Source of the DNA: Vezdaea acicularis
Taxonomy: Eukaryota
NCBI GenBank assembly: GCA_026025075.1
Contig: JAPEUI010000017.1
Coordinates: 124,001-188,000 of the forward strand
Reading direction: 5' to 3'
DNA length: 64,000 nucleotides
Made by a program: the position numbers and the translations under genes
Shown: piece by piece, positions 1-13,581 of the stretch
Layout of the letters: each line of letters opens with the position of its first letter
How positions within the stretch are numbered: the stretch's first letter is position 1
The notes under the pieces: model-generated
What the model was told of the DNA's origin: nothing
What the model saw: only the letters and a program-made list of their open reading frames with translations
Databases searched by the model: none

Positions 1-859
1 GATGGAGGCACTTTGAATCCGGCACATGCTACGCATTCGGCGAATTCCTCGCGAGATGAAAGCTTTCAATAGGACATATTTGGGTCTAGTAGGATTTTCG
101 GGATTTGTGGGTCATTCGGCATAGCAACTGGTGTTTGGCTGCTCCAGCGTTCCTATACATTGGCATAAGCTGGCGCATAAGTTGTGTAATGTCAACGCGC
201 AAAGAACGAAATTATTAGAGGATAATCATTTGAAGGGGAAACATTGAGAGGTACTGACTGATATGAACAATCGCTTGGTTAAAGCCGCTGGCCTTTGTTA
301 TCAAACCAGTCGAAGGCTAGCGCAGTATCATTCTATATTCTTATATTGATGCCGCTCGAATCAAGTCTCAGGAGGTGATATCGACTTATATATAGAATTT
401 AAGAGACCGTAAATGCTCCATGGGTACTGGATTAACAACTCGTAGGCGTCAACATCAAGTGGGGGCATAAAAGATACCAGATCTCAGGCTTGCAAGGCCA
501 GCGATAATCTTCCAAAGCATGACTAGCCCAAATTCAGCTTTTACAGGAGGAGATCAACAGTATATCAGTGTCAGTGTCAACTGAGCACTCCATCAATCCG
601 CGCCAGCAATGCGCCTCTCCGGTGCTAGACACCGTCCGACGGACAGGATTGTCTTCCCTCTTGTTAACGGCAATTGATATGAATAATTACTTGACCGGCA
701 ACCAAAAAATGGCTAGCGAGGCTGGTCGCTGACACGAAGCTCACACAACTCTGCAGGACGCAAGTGCAATTGGCCGATTTGGCGTGGCAGAACTGGAACC
801 AGCCCAGATCGGCAATGCCAACTCTGTGTTTACGGATAGCTTGACTCCGACAGTATTCT

Positions 860-1140
860 AAGAATATTCGGGAAACATTAATATATATATTATATATTAT
901 TTATCGATATAGAACAGATATGTGCTTTGTAGCTTTTTGAAAACTAAAGTAGAGGTAATGATTAAGGACTAAACTAGTAGTGACAAATCCAGAACAAGTT
1001 TTGGGGTAAAATATCACTTAAACCCACGGGATTAAAACTTAGTCTCAAAGGTACAGAGTTAATTTTCTTTTAAAATCTAATATTAAATTGATTCTATCAA
1101 TCTATATAAAATATATTATAAAAATATTCATTTAATAAAA
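860..1140. other. AT/TpA-rich segment, probable RIP-degraded repeat relic
   Basis: Abrupt AT-rich block (attaatatatatattatatattattt; tatataaaatatattataaaatatt) with many TpA and few CpA/TpG, in contrast to the balanced composition of the flanks; no ORF. Confidence 0.45.
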
Positions 1141-1250
1141 GACTTCGTCCTAATGCTCCCAAACGTGGGCTTTTTCCGTCTTAATACAAAATCGAGCCGG
1201 TAACAAAGTAAAGCCACTGTCAGTCACTTACCCCTGAAATGCAGCGCGTA

Positions 1251-4200
1251 TTATTGCTCGACTCGCTGCTGCTTGAAAAGTGATTTGCCCTTCAGCCATT
1301 GTCGATAGGCTTTATACCTTTTCTTGGGCGCATCCGCTTCGGTGACGGTCAAAGGGTCGTCTGATATAGTAAGAAATTCAGTATAGTCAGCTAGATCATC
1401 CTCTGTGTAATGAACCGATGCCATTGCGTCCGGTGAGATTCCTCTAACATAATCCAAAAATTCCAGGTTTGGGTTTGGTGGCGTCTCTGTTGATGCAACA
1501 AGTGGAAGACTGAGTGGATGACTTATATATCGCCGGTACTCTTCTGCTTCCGTAGCGGTGATTGCCGGATCTAAGGATTGTTTAACAAATTGGTCTAAAG
1601 TCCATTGCGACGCTGGCCCCTTATCAGAAGGCAGCAGGCCCTTCTCTTGCGAGGTCTCTTTCATGATACTAGGAAAGTTCGAATTCTTCTCGTTTCCTTG
1701 CGGATGCAGCCATCGGTGAGCAGGGCCTCGAGAGTTGACTGACAAATGAGATGTTGTGGCATCACTATCACCATCCTGCGGTTCAACGATTGTGACACCT
1801 TTCCGACCTTTCTTTTTCTCGACCATCTCGGGCTCTGCGCCAACACGCACTCGAAAAGGACTTAGATCATACTTCCCCTCTTGAGTGGATTTGAAAGGGA
1901 TATAACGCCAAGGGGAATTCATTCTGAAGGAAAATATTTTTTGAAAAGATGACACTGCAAGAGGTCGGTAGTACTCGAGCCAAAAGTCATCAAAGTAATT
2001 CGCAGGCTTCTTAGACAAAAAGCCACTAATGTCGCTCGGATGAAAAACCTTCTGAGCCAAATGGGCTGGAGTATACCAGTTGATATATCCTGGCCGTCGT
2101 TTTTCCGACCACGCTCGAGGGTCCGAATGATGGAGGTAATAATCCGTAGAGAGGTCCCAGAGCATGGGTTGACCTTGTGCAAATATGTAGTTGCCAAGGA
2201 AAAGATTATACGCCTCTTGGCGTTGACCATCGAGGAACGAATTGTTATAATATCGCTTGAAACTCTCCACCATGTCTCTTGAATGGCTGGTCCATTGATT
2301 GATCTTCCTATACGTCTCCATGGTATTGACTAGATGGGATCCACCGTACTGTACAGCTATTGTATCCCCATGATCGTGGAACCTTAAAATTAGCAATGCG
2401 CCATGATAAAGTTCTAGAATCACATACATATGTGTGAACAAGTTGACGGCATCGGTATCGTAATCGACACAAGTTTCGTTAATGATGCCAAGCGCATGAA
2501 GTTGATGTCCAAGAGCCCGCTTGCCAATTACGAATTGCGCCGCATTAGTTCTGTCTAAGCAATCGATGCAATTTGTCCTCGCAACGCCATTTTGCATTGT
2601 GACTTTATTAATACCGTTATCACCGTTGTGGAAGAACCCTGTCGTCTTGACAATCTCTTCCGCGATATTCTCAAGTGTGCCTATGACATCCTGGTCAGGG
2701 CTGACTCGTCAGCAAATCACCTTCATATTTGAGCGAGTTGCTTCCGCAATACCTTTTCGAGGCGCGGCTCATGTCCCATGCCTTGTATATTATCTTTTTG
2801 TCATTGGGCAGAAACTGGTTGAGATATGTGACAGCATTCGTATACTCCTTCAGAAGCTTTGACTCCCGAGCAGTCCTTTCCCTAGCCTGACAATAAAGGT
2901 TAGCTCCAAACCATAATCCTTCAGACCTATTCTCGAAATACCTTGACAAGATTGAGCACGTATACTGGCGCTCCATATCGCTCGAAAAGATTATCAAAGT
3001 GCAGAGCCGCGGCTCCGTAAAAGGGGTCGACAAGGTTCACTGAAAAGTATCAGGAACAGCGTTCAAAACTCGAAAAGATCGCCTCACACTCTATTGGAGG
3101 CTTGGGAGTAACTCCTGTGTTATCCTGTGTCCAATACAGTGGAATGCTGCCGCGATGTTGGACGTAGGAAGTGAAATTTGGGCTTGCAAAGAGCTTTGGC
3201 CCGGGGGCATGAAAGGAAGTAGTCAATACTTCTTGGACAATTTGCTCAGTCTCGACATCATTTGCGACATACCCTAGGTCATTTGCACCTCGTTTGAGGA
3301 AACGAGCTCCAGCAAAAAATCTTGAACGGCGTGCAATGATCGTGATGTATACAATGCGTCCATACACCGAAAGAGCTACTCTTGATGAACATCGTGGTAT
3401 AAACCGATAGAGCAAAACATACCAGCTTGATCGACGTATCCATGAATAATAGGAAGACACCAGTCATAGGTATTCTTCAAGACGCCAACGGCTGGCTCTA
3501 GAAGATAATCATTCCATACAAACATGGCATTAAAGTCGGTTTCGGTCACGCCATCAGATGTTCTCCGCAGTCCAGCACGCTCGTGGGCGAGATTATGCTG
3601 TAGCGTCCTTGTAATGTCATACGAATAGCTGAAATAAAAAGAACGAGAGAGATCTAGGTTGCTAAGTATGCCTAGAAATCTGGCCTCTTCCGGGTTCCTA
3701 TCGAGCTTGAACCGCGAAGGATTGGACGTTGTTAGCTGTACGAGCTCTGTACCATCGATTTGATAGACATAATGACCTCCAATCATAGCAACCTGGCTTC
3801 TTTTAGTAATTAGGAGCATGTAATAAGCACCAGTAAACCGGATGAACCCTAAAAGCCCCCACATACTGCACTTAAGCTTCATCCCCCCCGAAGCCTTATT
3901 GCCGTCATCTATAGCGTTAAGAAGCTGGTTCATTTCTGTTTTGGTGTACACGATTTCGTCCTCCGCAATACTCAAATCGCCCGAGTCCGCTGTCCGGTCT
4001 ATCTTAAGGACCCTAAAACGGCTGTCCATGATATCTCCACCTACAACATAATATCGGGTGGCAGTCTCGTACAATGAATACTTATGCATTTTGCAGACTC
4101 CGTCTTCTCCGACCTTCTTGTAGACTGCTCCCGCTTTGTGATGAAGTGGAGTTGTAGGGCTTGTGGACCGATCAAATGACCTTGCAAGTGCCGGCTCCTC

Positions 4201-4416
4201 TTCCAAATCTTGGACAGATGCAGCGTTTGCGGGGGCCCTTGACGAAGCAGGCGGATTATTTAACAGCTGAGGGAATGTAGGTACGTTGGCACTGTCCTTG
4301 CTCTCCGGGCTGGCGATTTTTGATGGAGAACCCTTACTCTCAGGCAATTCCAAAGTCTCGGACTTTTCACCGGTTTCAAATGACTCCATCTCTGCCATTT
4401 TGGGTGGACTTTGCAT
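1251..4416 (-). CDS. FIG4: SAC-domain polyphosphoinositide (PI3,5P2) 5-phosphatase, multi-exon
   Basis: ORF pieces 3376-4446, 3050-3460, 2695-3033 and 1251-2597 join through GT-AG introns (e.g. 3376-3422, 2383-2427). Motifs [38 protein letters not shown] and the catalytic [12 protein letters not shown]. Start ATG at 4416 or 4398. Confidence 0.95.
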
Positions 4417-5047
4417 TGAAGGACGTAGAGAGAAAATGCGGGACAAAATAGGCAGGCCTCGCGATCGTGAGACTAACAGAGTAGGGCGTCTTAAGGCAAG
4501 TCGTTGTACCCAACGACAGGTTCAGCAAATCTTTGGGGAGCATTATAGGCAAACCTAGTAAAACGCATGAGGTGTGGAAAACAAAAGATATGAAAAGCTT
4601 TCCTAACCCTCGCTTAGATTGCTGATGAAGGCGTTGCTATTCTTTCATTCCAAATTTTGACACTGATGAACGCGTATGACTTGTTCGCAGCGGGCCATAT
4701 CTAGAGAATAGGATAGCTTTGTAGCATAGATGAAGCACAACATATCGAGGGAAGTGACGCCCAAGGCCAGCCGATTCATTGGCTATAGTAACCGAAATCA
4801 ATGGAAATAAACCACGGTAAGCACAGGTACAATTGGACTGTATTGGACAAGATGGGAAGTGTATGCTCCAGGGGAGAGCCAGGAGATCATTCAGAGTTTA
4901 CTGGTGCGTTGTTAAATAGGACTGGTGCATAGCTCGGTCGGCTTTCTTGGGTTCATAATCAATTCCAATCTAGGTATTGGGTTTTGCTACTGTTCTTGTG
5001 TTGATACAAAATCTCCCTAATCTGGGGCCTTTTCTTTTCAAAGCTGG

Positions 5048-7038
5048 TCAGAGCATATACATGAATTTCTCGGGTATATCTTGAATATCTGTAGTAGCCA
5101 TAAGGCCTGGCTCATCCACCTTTTGAACTTGCGTTTGCGGTCTCGTAAGCGCTAGGCTCCTATTCTGGCTTTTAAGTACAAATCTTAGTCCTAGGGTAAG
5201 CGCAAGGGTAAAGAGCATAAAACCCGAACAAATCAACATTCCTCTCACGTAAAAGGGTTTATCTTGCTCAGGATAAAGCCTTGTGCCTAAAAGTGGTCCA
5301 AGTTGGCCGATAATGTTCAGCATCGCAACCCCCGTCCCCTTTTTCGAGTCGGTGTTGGAGTTGTTGATCGTCCAGGTAATAATGAGTGTAATACACGAGA
5401 AAAATCCCGTGGCAGCTGGGTATATGGCTGCGTAGCGCCACTTATTGCCCCAACCACGGTGACCGGCGATAGCTATGAGCGCGTAGCCCAAGGCACTCAT
5501 GCCGGCATGTAAAGCGATGAATAGACCCCGTGTGCAGAAACGGTCGGAGAGGTAGGCTGTTAAAATTACAATGATGAAGGCAGCAAGGTAGGGGGGCGCC
5601 GAGAGAGCCTGCGAGGAGAGTGCGGAATATCCCATTCTGAAGGGATATTAGTAAGGTGCTTGAGACGCTAAGCACAGGACTGACTCATTGATAATTGTAG
5701 GGAGAAAGACAGGAAGGGAAGAAAATGCTACGTTACAGCTGAAGAACATCATCTGCCTATTGTAAGCGTCCATGCAGCACTTGAATGGCAACTACATACT
5801 GCTGTTAAATAGCTCTTGGGCTCACAGAGCGTCTCCAAGATCTCGTGGGGGTCCAACCCTCTTAAACCATCAACAACCTTCTGAGAATTATTGCTCTTCC
5901 CTAGTCGTAGTTGAGCAATCTTCTTCTCTTTCCTTGTGAAATAGATTGTTTGGCCAGGACCGTCCGGAATGTACATCCATGCAAAGACGGCAACTAGGAC
6001 ACTTGGGTACCCTTCGATTAAGAAAAGTAATCGCCATGGAGCGAAAGAGCTTTTCTCCCCAAGTTTTGTTATGGCCCAGCCTAGGCTGCTTGCAAAGGAG
6101 ATGGCAAGGGGGGCGGCGGAGATAAACAGTCCTGTACGGAGGGCAAGCTCATCTCGTCTGAAGAAGAATGACAGATAGAACGGGACACCAGGACCAAAAG
6201 CTGCTTCGGTGATGCCAAGTAGAGCTCGAAGAGTCACTAGAGACCAGAAGGAGGTAGCAAGTGACTGTAGTGAAGCTATAAGTCCCCAAAAAAAGACGCA
6301 AAGTGAGATATATATATGCGCCGGCACGACCTTGTACATTAGTGTCATCCATTCGAATAGGATATATGTGATGTAAAACGCCGTGAGTAGCCACTCATAT
6401 TGTGAAGAGGTTAGGTCCAGATCCTTCTTGAGCCCCGCTACACTGGCCTGGTCCGTAGCAGTCAGATTTTTTATGCTCATTGCAGGTTGGGAACGATGGT
6501 TGTTGGACTCACGTTCCCTATATCTAAGCCTTTATTAGTAACAACTAAAGACAACTGCAAAGGGCACAAGCTTACTTGATCTATCTAAAAAGCTTAGCAT
6601 ATAGAGCAAAGCTATGAACAAGACGAGGTTACGATCAAGCTTTCGGACAACAGCTCTCTCTTCTTCTGGTGTGTATTGCACAAAGCTTCCCTCAGTCCAT
6701 GATCGACCCCTGCTTGGTAGTACCCTCCTCGAATGGTCTGATCCTTCACTATCTCGATATTCTCCTTCTAGATCTTCCTCATACTCATGCTGGTTGGCGG
6801 ATCTTTTGATCCTGTCGCGCGTCCCGAATACTTGAGTGAGCTCGATGGACTCTTCAATATTATCTATTTCTTGCTCCTTGCGCGGCAATCTTGTTCCCGC
6901 GTCAAAGTCAGAAGCCGGCGTAAGCTGTATGGATGTAGCACTACCCAAATTAGATGTCTTCGCTTCTCCCCATGCGCTTTGGTCAATCGTGTCGGCTGGT
7001 TTTTGATGGTTCAGCGCTTCATATCTTGCCGATGACAT
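5048..7038 (-). CDS. MFS transporter, allantoate/nicotinate permease (Dal5/Tna1-like ACS family), multi-exon
   Basis: EERAVVRKLDRNLV..YMLSFLDRSNIGN, LRALLGITEAAFGPG, WRLLFLIEG, LSAPPY, GQLGPLLGTRLYP; many hydrophobic segments; includes an 11-nt micro-exon at 6513-6523. Confidence 0.9.
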
Positions 7039-7430
7039 TCCTGAGCCAGGATGCTCAATGATAGATTCGAGAATAGCACAAATTATTGAATAGCGAGCAA
7101 AAGCTCATATTTCGAGATGAGTCATCGTCAGTGTCAGGGTCTGGTCACGGCCACTCCATGAGTTTAGTTATGCGCACTGTGGCGATCACCTCAGAGAGCT
7201 CTCGCTTGTACGGGCCTTTGCTGTATGCCTGACCACATGCCCAAAATATCAACAGATGAGCTATGCTATGTATCCTGAGATTGAAACGACTAAAAATCAA
7301 CGGGGTTCATTATTTATTCATGAAGCTGTCCTTTATTTGCTCTAAGCTAGTTTGACTGCCTTTTCCATCCAAGGCACGTTACCGACCAATAATATGCCAG
7401 AGACACCTTCATAAGATAGAAGAAGATGTT

Positions 7431-8785
7431 TTAGGCTTTTCTTAAGGACGTTCTCACTGCATTTACCTCATCACTCTTCGGCAAGATATCTGGCTTAGGG
7501 CCAATTGGTGTGATTTCCTGCTTTGCCATCAGGACGAATAGAGTCTAAACATAAAGTAGATGTGAGCTTACATTTGGATTAATCTGATGATGACTTTTGG
7601 TATAGTGGTTTTTGATATGCTCGAACTGTGTTGTGTCCCCGAAGGCTGGTACATCCCAATAAAGCTTTCTTAGCCATTTGTGCAGGGCAGGGTAGCCGCT
7701 GCGGATATCGCGGATGTTACACTTGAAATGCTGAACATAGACTGGATCAAACCGCACGATAGTTGTGTACAAACGTACGTCTGCTTCTGTGATGTTTTTG
7801 CCATAATAGTATGGACCTGGTGAGCTCTGAAGGTGACTCTCTGCGCGATCTAAGTTTTCAAAAAGGGGTATGACCGCTTTCTCATACGCTTGCTGATTAG
7901 TTGCGAAGCCGGCTTTGTAAACGCCGTTGTTGATATGGTCGTAAGTCCAGGCATTTGTCTCTTCAATGGCTTTTCTTAAAGCGCCAGGAAACAGGTCGAC
8001 TTCCTTAAACCTTTCAGGTATCAATTCGTCAAACTCGTAATAAAACATTCGTATGATTTCCGAGGACTCATTGGACACGATCCGTCCAGTCTTCTTGTCG
8101 TATAGAGTAGGCACAGTGAACCGGCCCTTGTATTCGGGGTCCACCTTAAAGTAAATGTCCCGAAGATAAACTACGTCCTTATGGTTAGGGTCCGGCGAGA
8201 CGTTCTCACCGGGCAGTTTCTCGTCAGCCGTAGCAAATCGCCATCCTATAAAGGTCTCAATTAACCCTATGCTATGCATCCATCTTCAAAATACTAGCTA
8301 ACCTTTTTCTAGCATGTGCCAATGTACCACCGTATAAGGAATAACGTCCTCCAGCCCTTTGAGCTTCCGAGTGATAAGAGTTCGATGTGCTAAAATATTA
8401 GGCGATATTAATTAATGATCTTGGCTTGATTTTGCACTAATTTATTGGTAGGACGAAGGAGATATTACCCCAGGGGCACGCATAAGAGACGTAGAGATGG
8501 TATCGGTCTTTTTCGGGAGGGAACTCGGAACCCGGGTCTCGAGAAATGAATTTCCTGAATTGGGATTGGCCGCGCTTGAATTCTCCAGATTTATCTGCCC
8601 AATCGGTGATCTTACCACCTGTCTATGGCAATTGTGTCAGGGCTTACAGATCCATTAAGCGACATTGCTGCGCAACGTATAGGCAGGGAATCTCGTACCG
8701 ACATCCTAAAGAAAGACCTTGACGCAACTGATGGGGCAAGTTGATGTTTTCTTGGTCGTGATAGCCTTAAATAGGAAGAGCTCAT
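7431..8785 (-). CDS. ECM4: Glutathionyl-hydroquinone reductase / omega-like glutathione transferase (Ecm4/YqjG type)
   Basis: Spliced N-terminus GEFKRGQSQFR..RYHLYVSYACPWAHR (CPW active site), FTVPTLYDKK, IVSNESSEIIRM, NNGVYKAGFA, TIVRFDPVY, HIKNHYTKSH; ends ..SLRKA*. Two in-frame ATGs, at 8785 and 8704. Confidence 0.92.
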
Positions 8786-9406
8786 GGATTGCAAAAGCTC
8801 TGATATTTGATCTAAGTTTTCAAGGAAAGCAACGTTTTAGATGATGCCTTGAAGTTGTGATGAGCTGAGCTGTAAAAGCGGAGGGGGGGTCTCAAGCGAG
8901 TCAATGACGCATGGCGGGGTACGCGGGGTACGGAGTTAGCCAACAATTAGCAAAGCTCACAAATCGGCAGCATTACGTGTGAACGACCAAAGCATTTTAG
9001 GTGAGCTGAATGTGTCACGAAGCTACTCGATTGGTGAATTGGGAGCCACTCAGCTAACCTGGTATCACGTGACAAAATCCAGAGAGAGCGCTGAGGCAAA
9101 GAGTCCTCGCATTCATGATATATAGGCATATGTTGACCACTATAATGTATCTTATAGTTCTCACTACCTCTTGCTTCCATCCCGCGTGATGCCTGATTCA
9201 TCCTGCGTCAAGCTAGACTGTTACCTGCTCATACGCGCACATCTCACAGAATAGGGGATTTGGTACCAACAGACAGTGAATTCAAGCATCACGAGTACTA
9301 CCGGCATCGAGAAAAGTACGTGCTTGGCCTTGGCCGAGAATACACAAATTGAGTGATGAGTAGTTCCATGTTTACCCTGCCTAAGTATCTATTCTTAATC
9401 TAACTT

Positions 9407-12400
9407 TCAATGCCTCCTCCGCATCATTACGTACGGAACTTCCACGTCTTCTCCGGTTTGGTCTTCAGCTGTGATCTCAAAGATGACATTTTTCTGGTGA
9501 TCAGGAATAGGTTTTTTACTGACGCTTGCGACGAGCTCGCTCAACCTAATTTCAGAAGTTAAGTGAATGATCTCAGTTCAAAACACAGGGACAGTCAACA
9601 GAGGACCTACTTCAAAGGATATCTATCTTTTAACTTGCTTTGAGGATAGAAGCTCGCGTAGAGTAGACTGACTCCAGAGCTAACCATAGTGATGTCAAGA
9701 CCCTTCTCTTCAAAGTGTTTCAGAAATTCTGTTAGGGTTATATCCGGCACTTCGAACCGATCCCATAGCTTATCAACTGTGACTTCACCATTCTTGCTTA
9801 GGTATTTACCTTTCGGACTTGCGATGGGCTCACTGAAGCCGAAAAATGGTAAAGCGAGGTTTACGAAGCCATTTTTGTATTGCTCGATATCATCTTTCCC
9901 GTCGATTATCTTGTATAATTCTAGGTTGACAAGGCCGGTCACTAATGCTGTTGTGGTGGCAATGGCAGGAATTATTTTTCCTGCAATGAATTTCGTCTTG
10001 TGCCTGTCTGCAGTAGCGATGCCATAGTTCTCTGCACGTAGGTTACTTGCAGCGGTAATGAAGTCGATATGGTGATTGCTATCATCATCCTTTTCAAATT
10101 CGACAGGCGCTAGACGATATCCAGAAAGCGTCTGCGGAGCCGGTAGAGATGCGGCCATTTTCTTGAGTTCTCCCGAATCATCAAAGCCCGACCCTACAGC
10201 TTTCGCATTAGGATCTGGCTCATTGTCGTCTGCCTGAATCTTTACAGTAGGGTTGGGTGAGAAATCTGGGATGATCATGGCATCAAGAACCTTGGCATAA
10301 GTATCATAGGGAACGCCTTGAGTATTGATATGATAATTGAAAGCGTGCAAGTTTGCCGCCGCAATAATGAAGCCAGAATGAGTCGGGTTGCTGATGTCAA
10401 ACTTTAACGGATTGGGAGCTCGCTTTGGGCCTGACCAGAATGGAGCACCACTTCCCGTTATAGAGTCCTTCGGAAAATTGTATAAAAGTTGCTGAATGGC
10501 GTTGTTATACTGCTTTTCGAATTGATGCCGGGCCCAGACAATACAGTCTTCGAATGTCAAAGGCTTCTCCATGACCAGATAGTCTCGCAGTGTCTCCAAA
10601 GTTTGGAACTCATTTCCGGCTTGCTTAAGCGTTGTCGCCATGAAATCTGGTTGTGAGAGGTAAAGGTTGACGTTTTCCGGCGGCTTAACAAAATAGGATT
10701 CGAAAAGGTCTCGTGCCCACGCAATCGTGTGCTCAATCCTGTTCGGAAAGCTTCGCAAGGTGCACATAGGAAAAGACTGTTCTGGAGGGTCCTGAGAGCT
10801 TGCATAAGACTCAGTGAGTCCAGGCAACACCACCTGCGTATTTCCCTTCGTGCCTAAAGTACCACTATCCAGGAGCGGCTTACGGAAGAACACACATCGA
10901 CGGTCGACATAAGTTCGGGCGTCAACGTTATCCAAAGCATTTGTGACTCCATCGAGCTCTTCCCAAAATGTTTCATTGAAGATGTGCTCGGTATCTTGAC
11001 CGACTCTGTCTCGCAGAGTCACAATCTTTCCTTTCAAATCTGGATTCATGGCTTGTACAGCTTCTGCGGCACAGTCGCTTTTCAGCTTGCCAACGTCTTT
11101 AGGCCGGAACAGGAACTGGCGGTTTAAGTTGCTCTTCTCAATTGAGTCCATGTCTGTAACACTGATCTTGCCCTTCAGACCAGTTCCTAAACCAATCATG
11201 GCCCAATTTTTCAGCATTTCGCAGCCAATAGCACCGGCACCAACAAGAAATTCGTTCACGTTAGATAGCTTTTCTTGGAAGTCTTTCCCAAATACTGCTA
11301 TCTGCCCGTCGTATCGAGAGCCAAGGGGCTTACAGAGCTCTTCAGATCTCTTTGAACGAGGCAAAGATTCCAGCGAATCAAAATAGAGCCACTGAACGAT
11401 GGGGTGAAACTTTCCAGAGACAGACTTCAGTACCTCTTGTGCAGCAAGGCCACCAAAAAAGGCAACCATGGGACTGAGATTGCCTCTTGCCTGGTAGCTT
11501 AGCTCTTGAATAAGCTTCTCATCTAGTTCTACGGTTTCCTCACCCTCTGCCGCAAGGCTTTGAGCAAGTTTAATAACCTCATTCGCATCCGCAATATGGT
11601 GCGGTCTTGGGAGCTCCCCATGATGCGAATCAGCGAAAGAATGCAGCGCCTGGAAGCCAATGTGTAGCTGTTGGGGTCTGTCGAACTTGGAGAAGTCTGA
11701 TGTGAGCAAGTCCGGCTTTTTCAACTGGCTTGCCAATGGTTTGAAATCAATGAATCGTGGCATCTTCACTTGAGTAAAAAGTCCACCTTGCTTGTACTGA
11801 CCGAAGTCGGTCACATCACCAATCGAGAACGTATAAGGGCCTGCCAGATTTTTTAATAAAGAGAATGTGAGAGGGAGGGCCCTTTTGATAGCTACCTTTC
11901 ACGGTCACCTTGCGTGGCGCTACTCCATTTAATCCATCCATGCCTTGAACCTCCGAGAAGGTGACAAAATCTCCATCCTCAAGCCCATGCCTTGTCTCAT
12001 CAAGGGCTGTGACAAGTCCATCAGTATCAATATTCGACACGATTCCAGATATAGGATTTTCGCCCGTTGCATCCGTTATCGTAAAAGATTCGCCGAAGTC
12101 CGTAAAGATGGAGCCAAACAACCCAAATATATCCGTGATGACAAGGAAAATCTTGTTCGCGTGGCAGTAGTCTGAGATGATGAGCTGGTCTTTTAACGAC
12201 GTAGCTGTTAGGACTACTACCTGATAGCTTCTTAAAAGAGACAGATCCTCAGTCAAAATTTTCGCTGGGTGGATCTTCACAGGCGTGTATGCATTAAGCT
12301 CAGCAACTCTGGGCATCGTAACCTCCGCTCGAGATTGACCAACGTCATCGGGATGAAGAAAAAATTGCGATGATAGATCGGCGATCGAAGCAGGTGCTGG

Positions 12401-12881
12401 GTCGAAGAGTGTTAAAGATTTCACACCAGCTAAGGCAATATTCTTTGCTATGGTATTGTGAGACGAGTGTATAGGCTCGAAGGGGAGCGTTATTTTCAAC
12501 ATGGCGTAGCGTACCAATCTCAGCCCCAAGACCCTTTAAGCCTACAATGAGGATATTGGAGGCACTCATCCTCTTCATTGCTTCATGACCCAAAACGTAG
12601 CTAGAATAGCACTTCAGTAATATTTCCTTGATGCAATTGACAGGCAGTTCTCACAGCTGACGACTATACAGAGACTCGTCGATATCTCCATTATGTAACT
12701 TCGTTGTAGGCTCGTCTACCTGCATTGCTGAAGAGCTCTGAGGCCCAGAAGCGTGAGCCATGATTCCGAGATATTCCGAGGACTGTGAAAGGATAAAGGA
12801 AGAAAGGTAACGTAGGGGATGTGGTATATTTTCTGCAAGAGTCCCTAAAGTGATCTACGTCAGATACCCACTCACCGTCAT
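9407..12881 (-). CDS. UBA1: Ubiquitin-activating enzyme E1, multi-exon
   Basis: [41 protein letters not shown], catalytic [34 protein letters not shown]-terminal EDVEVPY. First exon ATG ACG|gtgagt at 12881. Confidence 0.97.
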
Positions 12882-13581
12882 CGTCTTCTTTTCTGGGCGA
12901 ACTAGGATCTCGCTTGAGGATTTCCGTTTGCCCAGCGTGGCCACCTCTGGGAGGTCTGCGGGAGACTTGGTGGAGGGAATGGTGAAAGCTGTGTTTGCAG
13001 TCGGCCCCGTAAGACGGTAATGGGCGACTAATAGGATTCGATATTCGAACTACAGCATCTCTGAGTGTATAAGCTCTAGAATACTTGTGATTTTCAAGGC
13101 TCTATGCACCTTTGGACTATTCAAAGTCGCTCTAACAGATGATATACCTTAGATTCGAAATGCAGAGGTATTGAAGACAGCTCTACGTAACAGTCGATTG
13201 TTGTGTTTAGTCAGGCCACCACCGTGCCCACTTGCAGCCTGCGGCAAATTCCGATAGCCTTGCACCACAACGAACGCAATTGTGGGGCCTATAATGATCC
13301 CTGCTGATTTCGAACATTCTTCGGACGCGTTTATCGCGTCCGAGATGGAGTGGAAAGCTAACAAATCGAGCCTAGTATTGACAACTGCCTTATCCTACCA
13401 TGCCATCTGCGCTGGCGGTATATGGTGTGAAGGGATGAAATATCGCCTTGGCCCAGAGACTGTTCATCAACACCAGCGTATCAAGTCTAGAAAGTTCAAA
13501 ATATAGCCTTGCCCAACTCCTAGTCGGATATCAAACCGTAGAGACTATCACTCCACTGCGACACGCTTGGATGTTACGACA

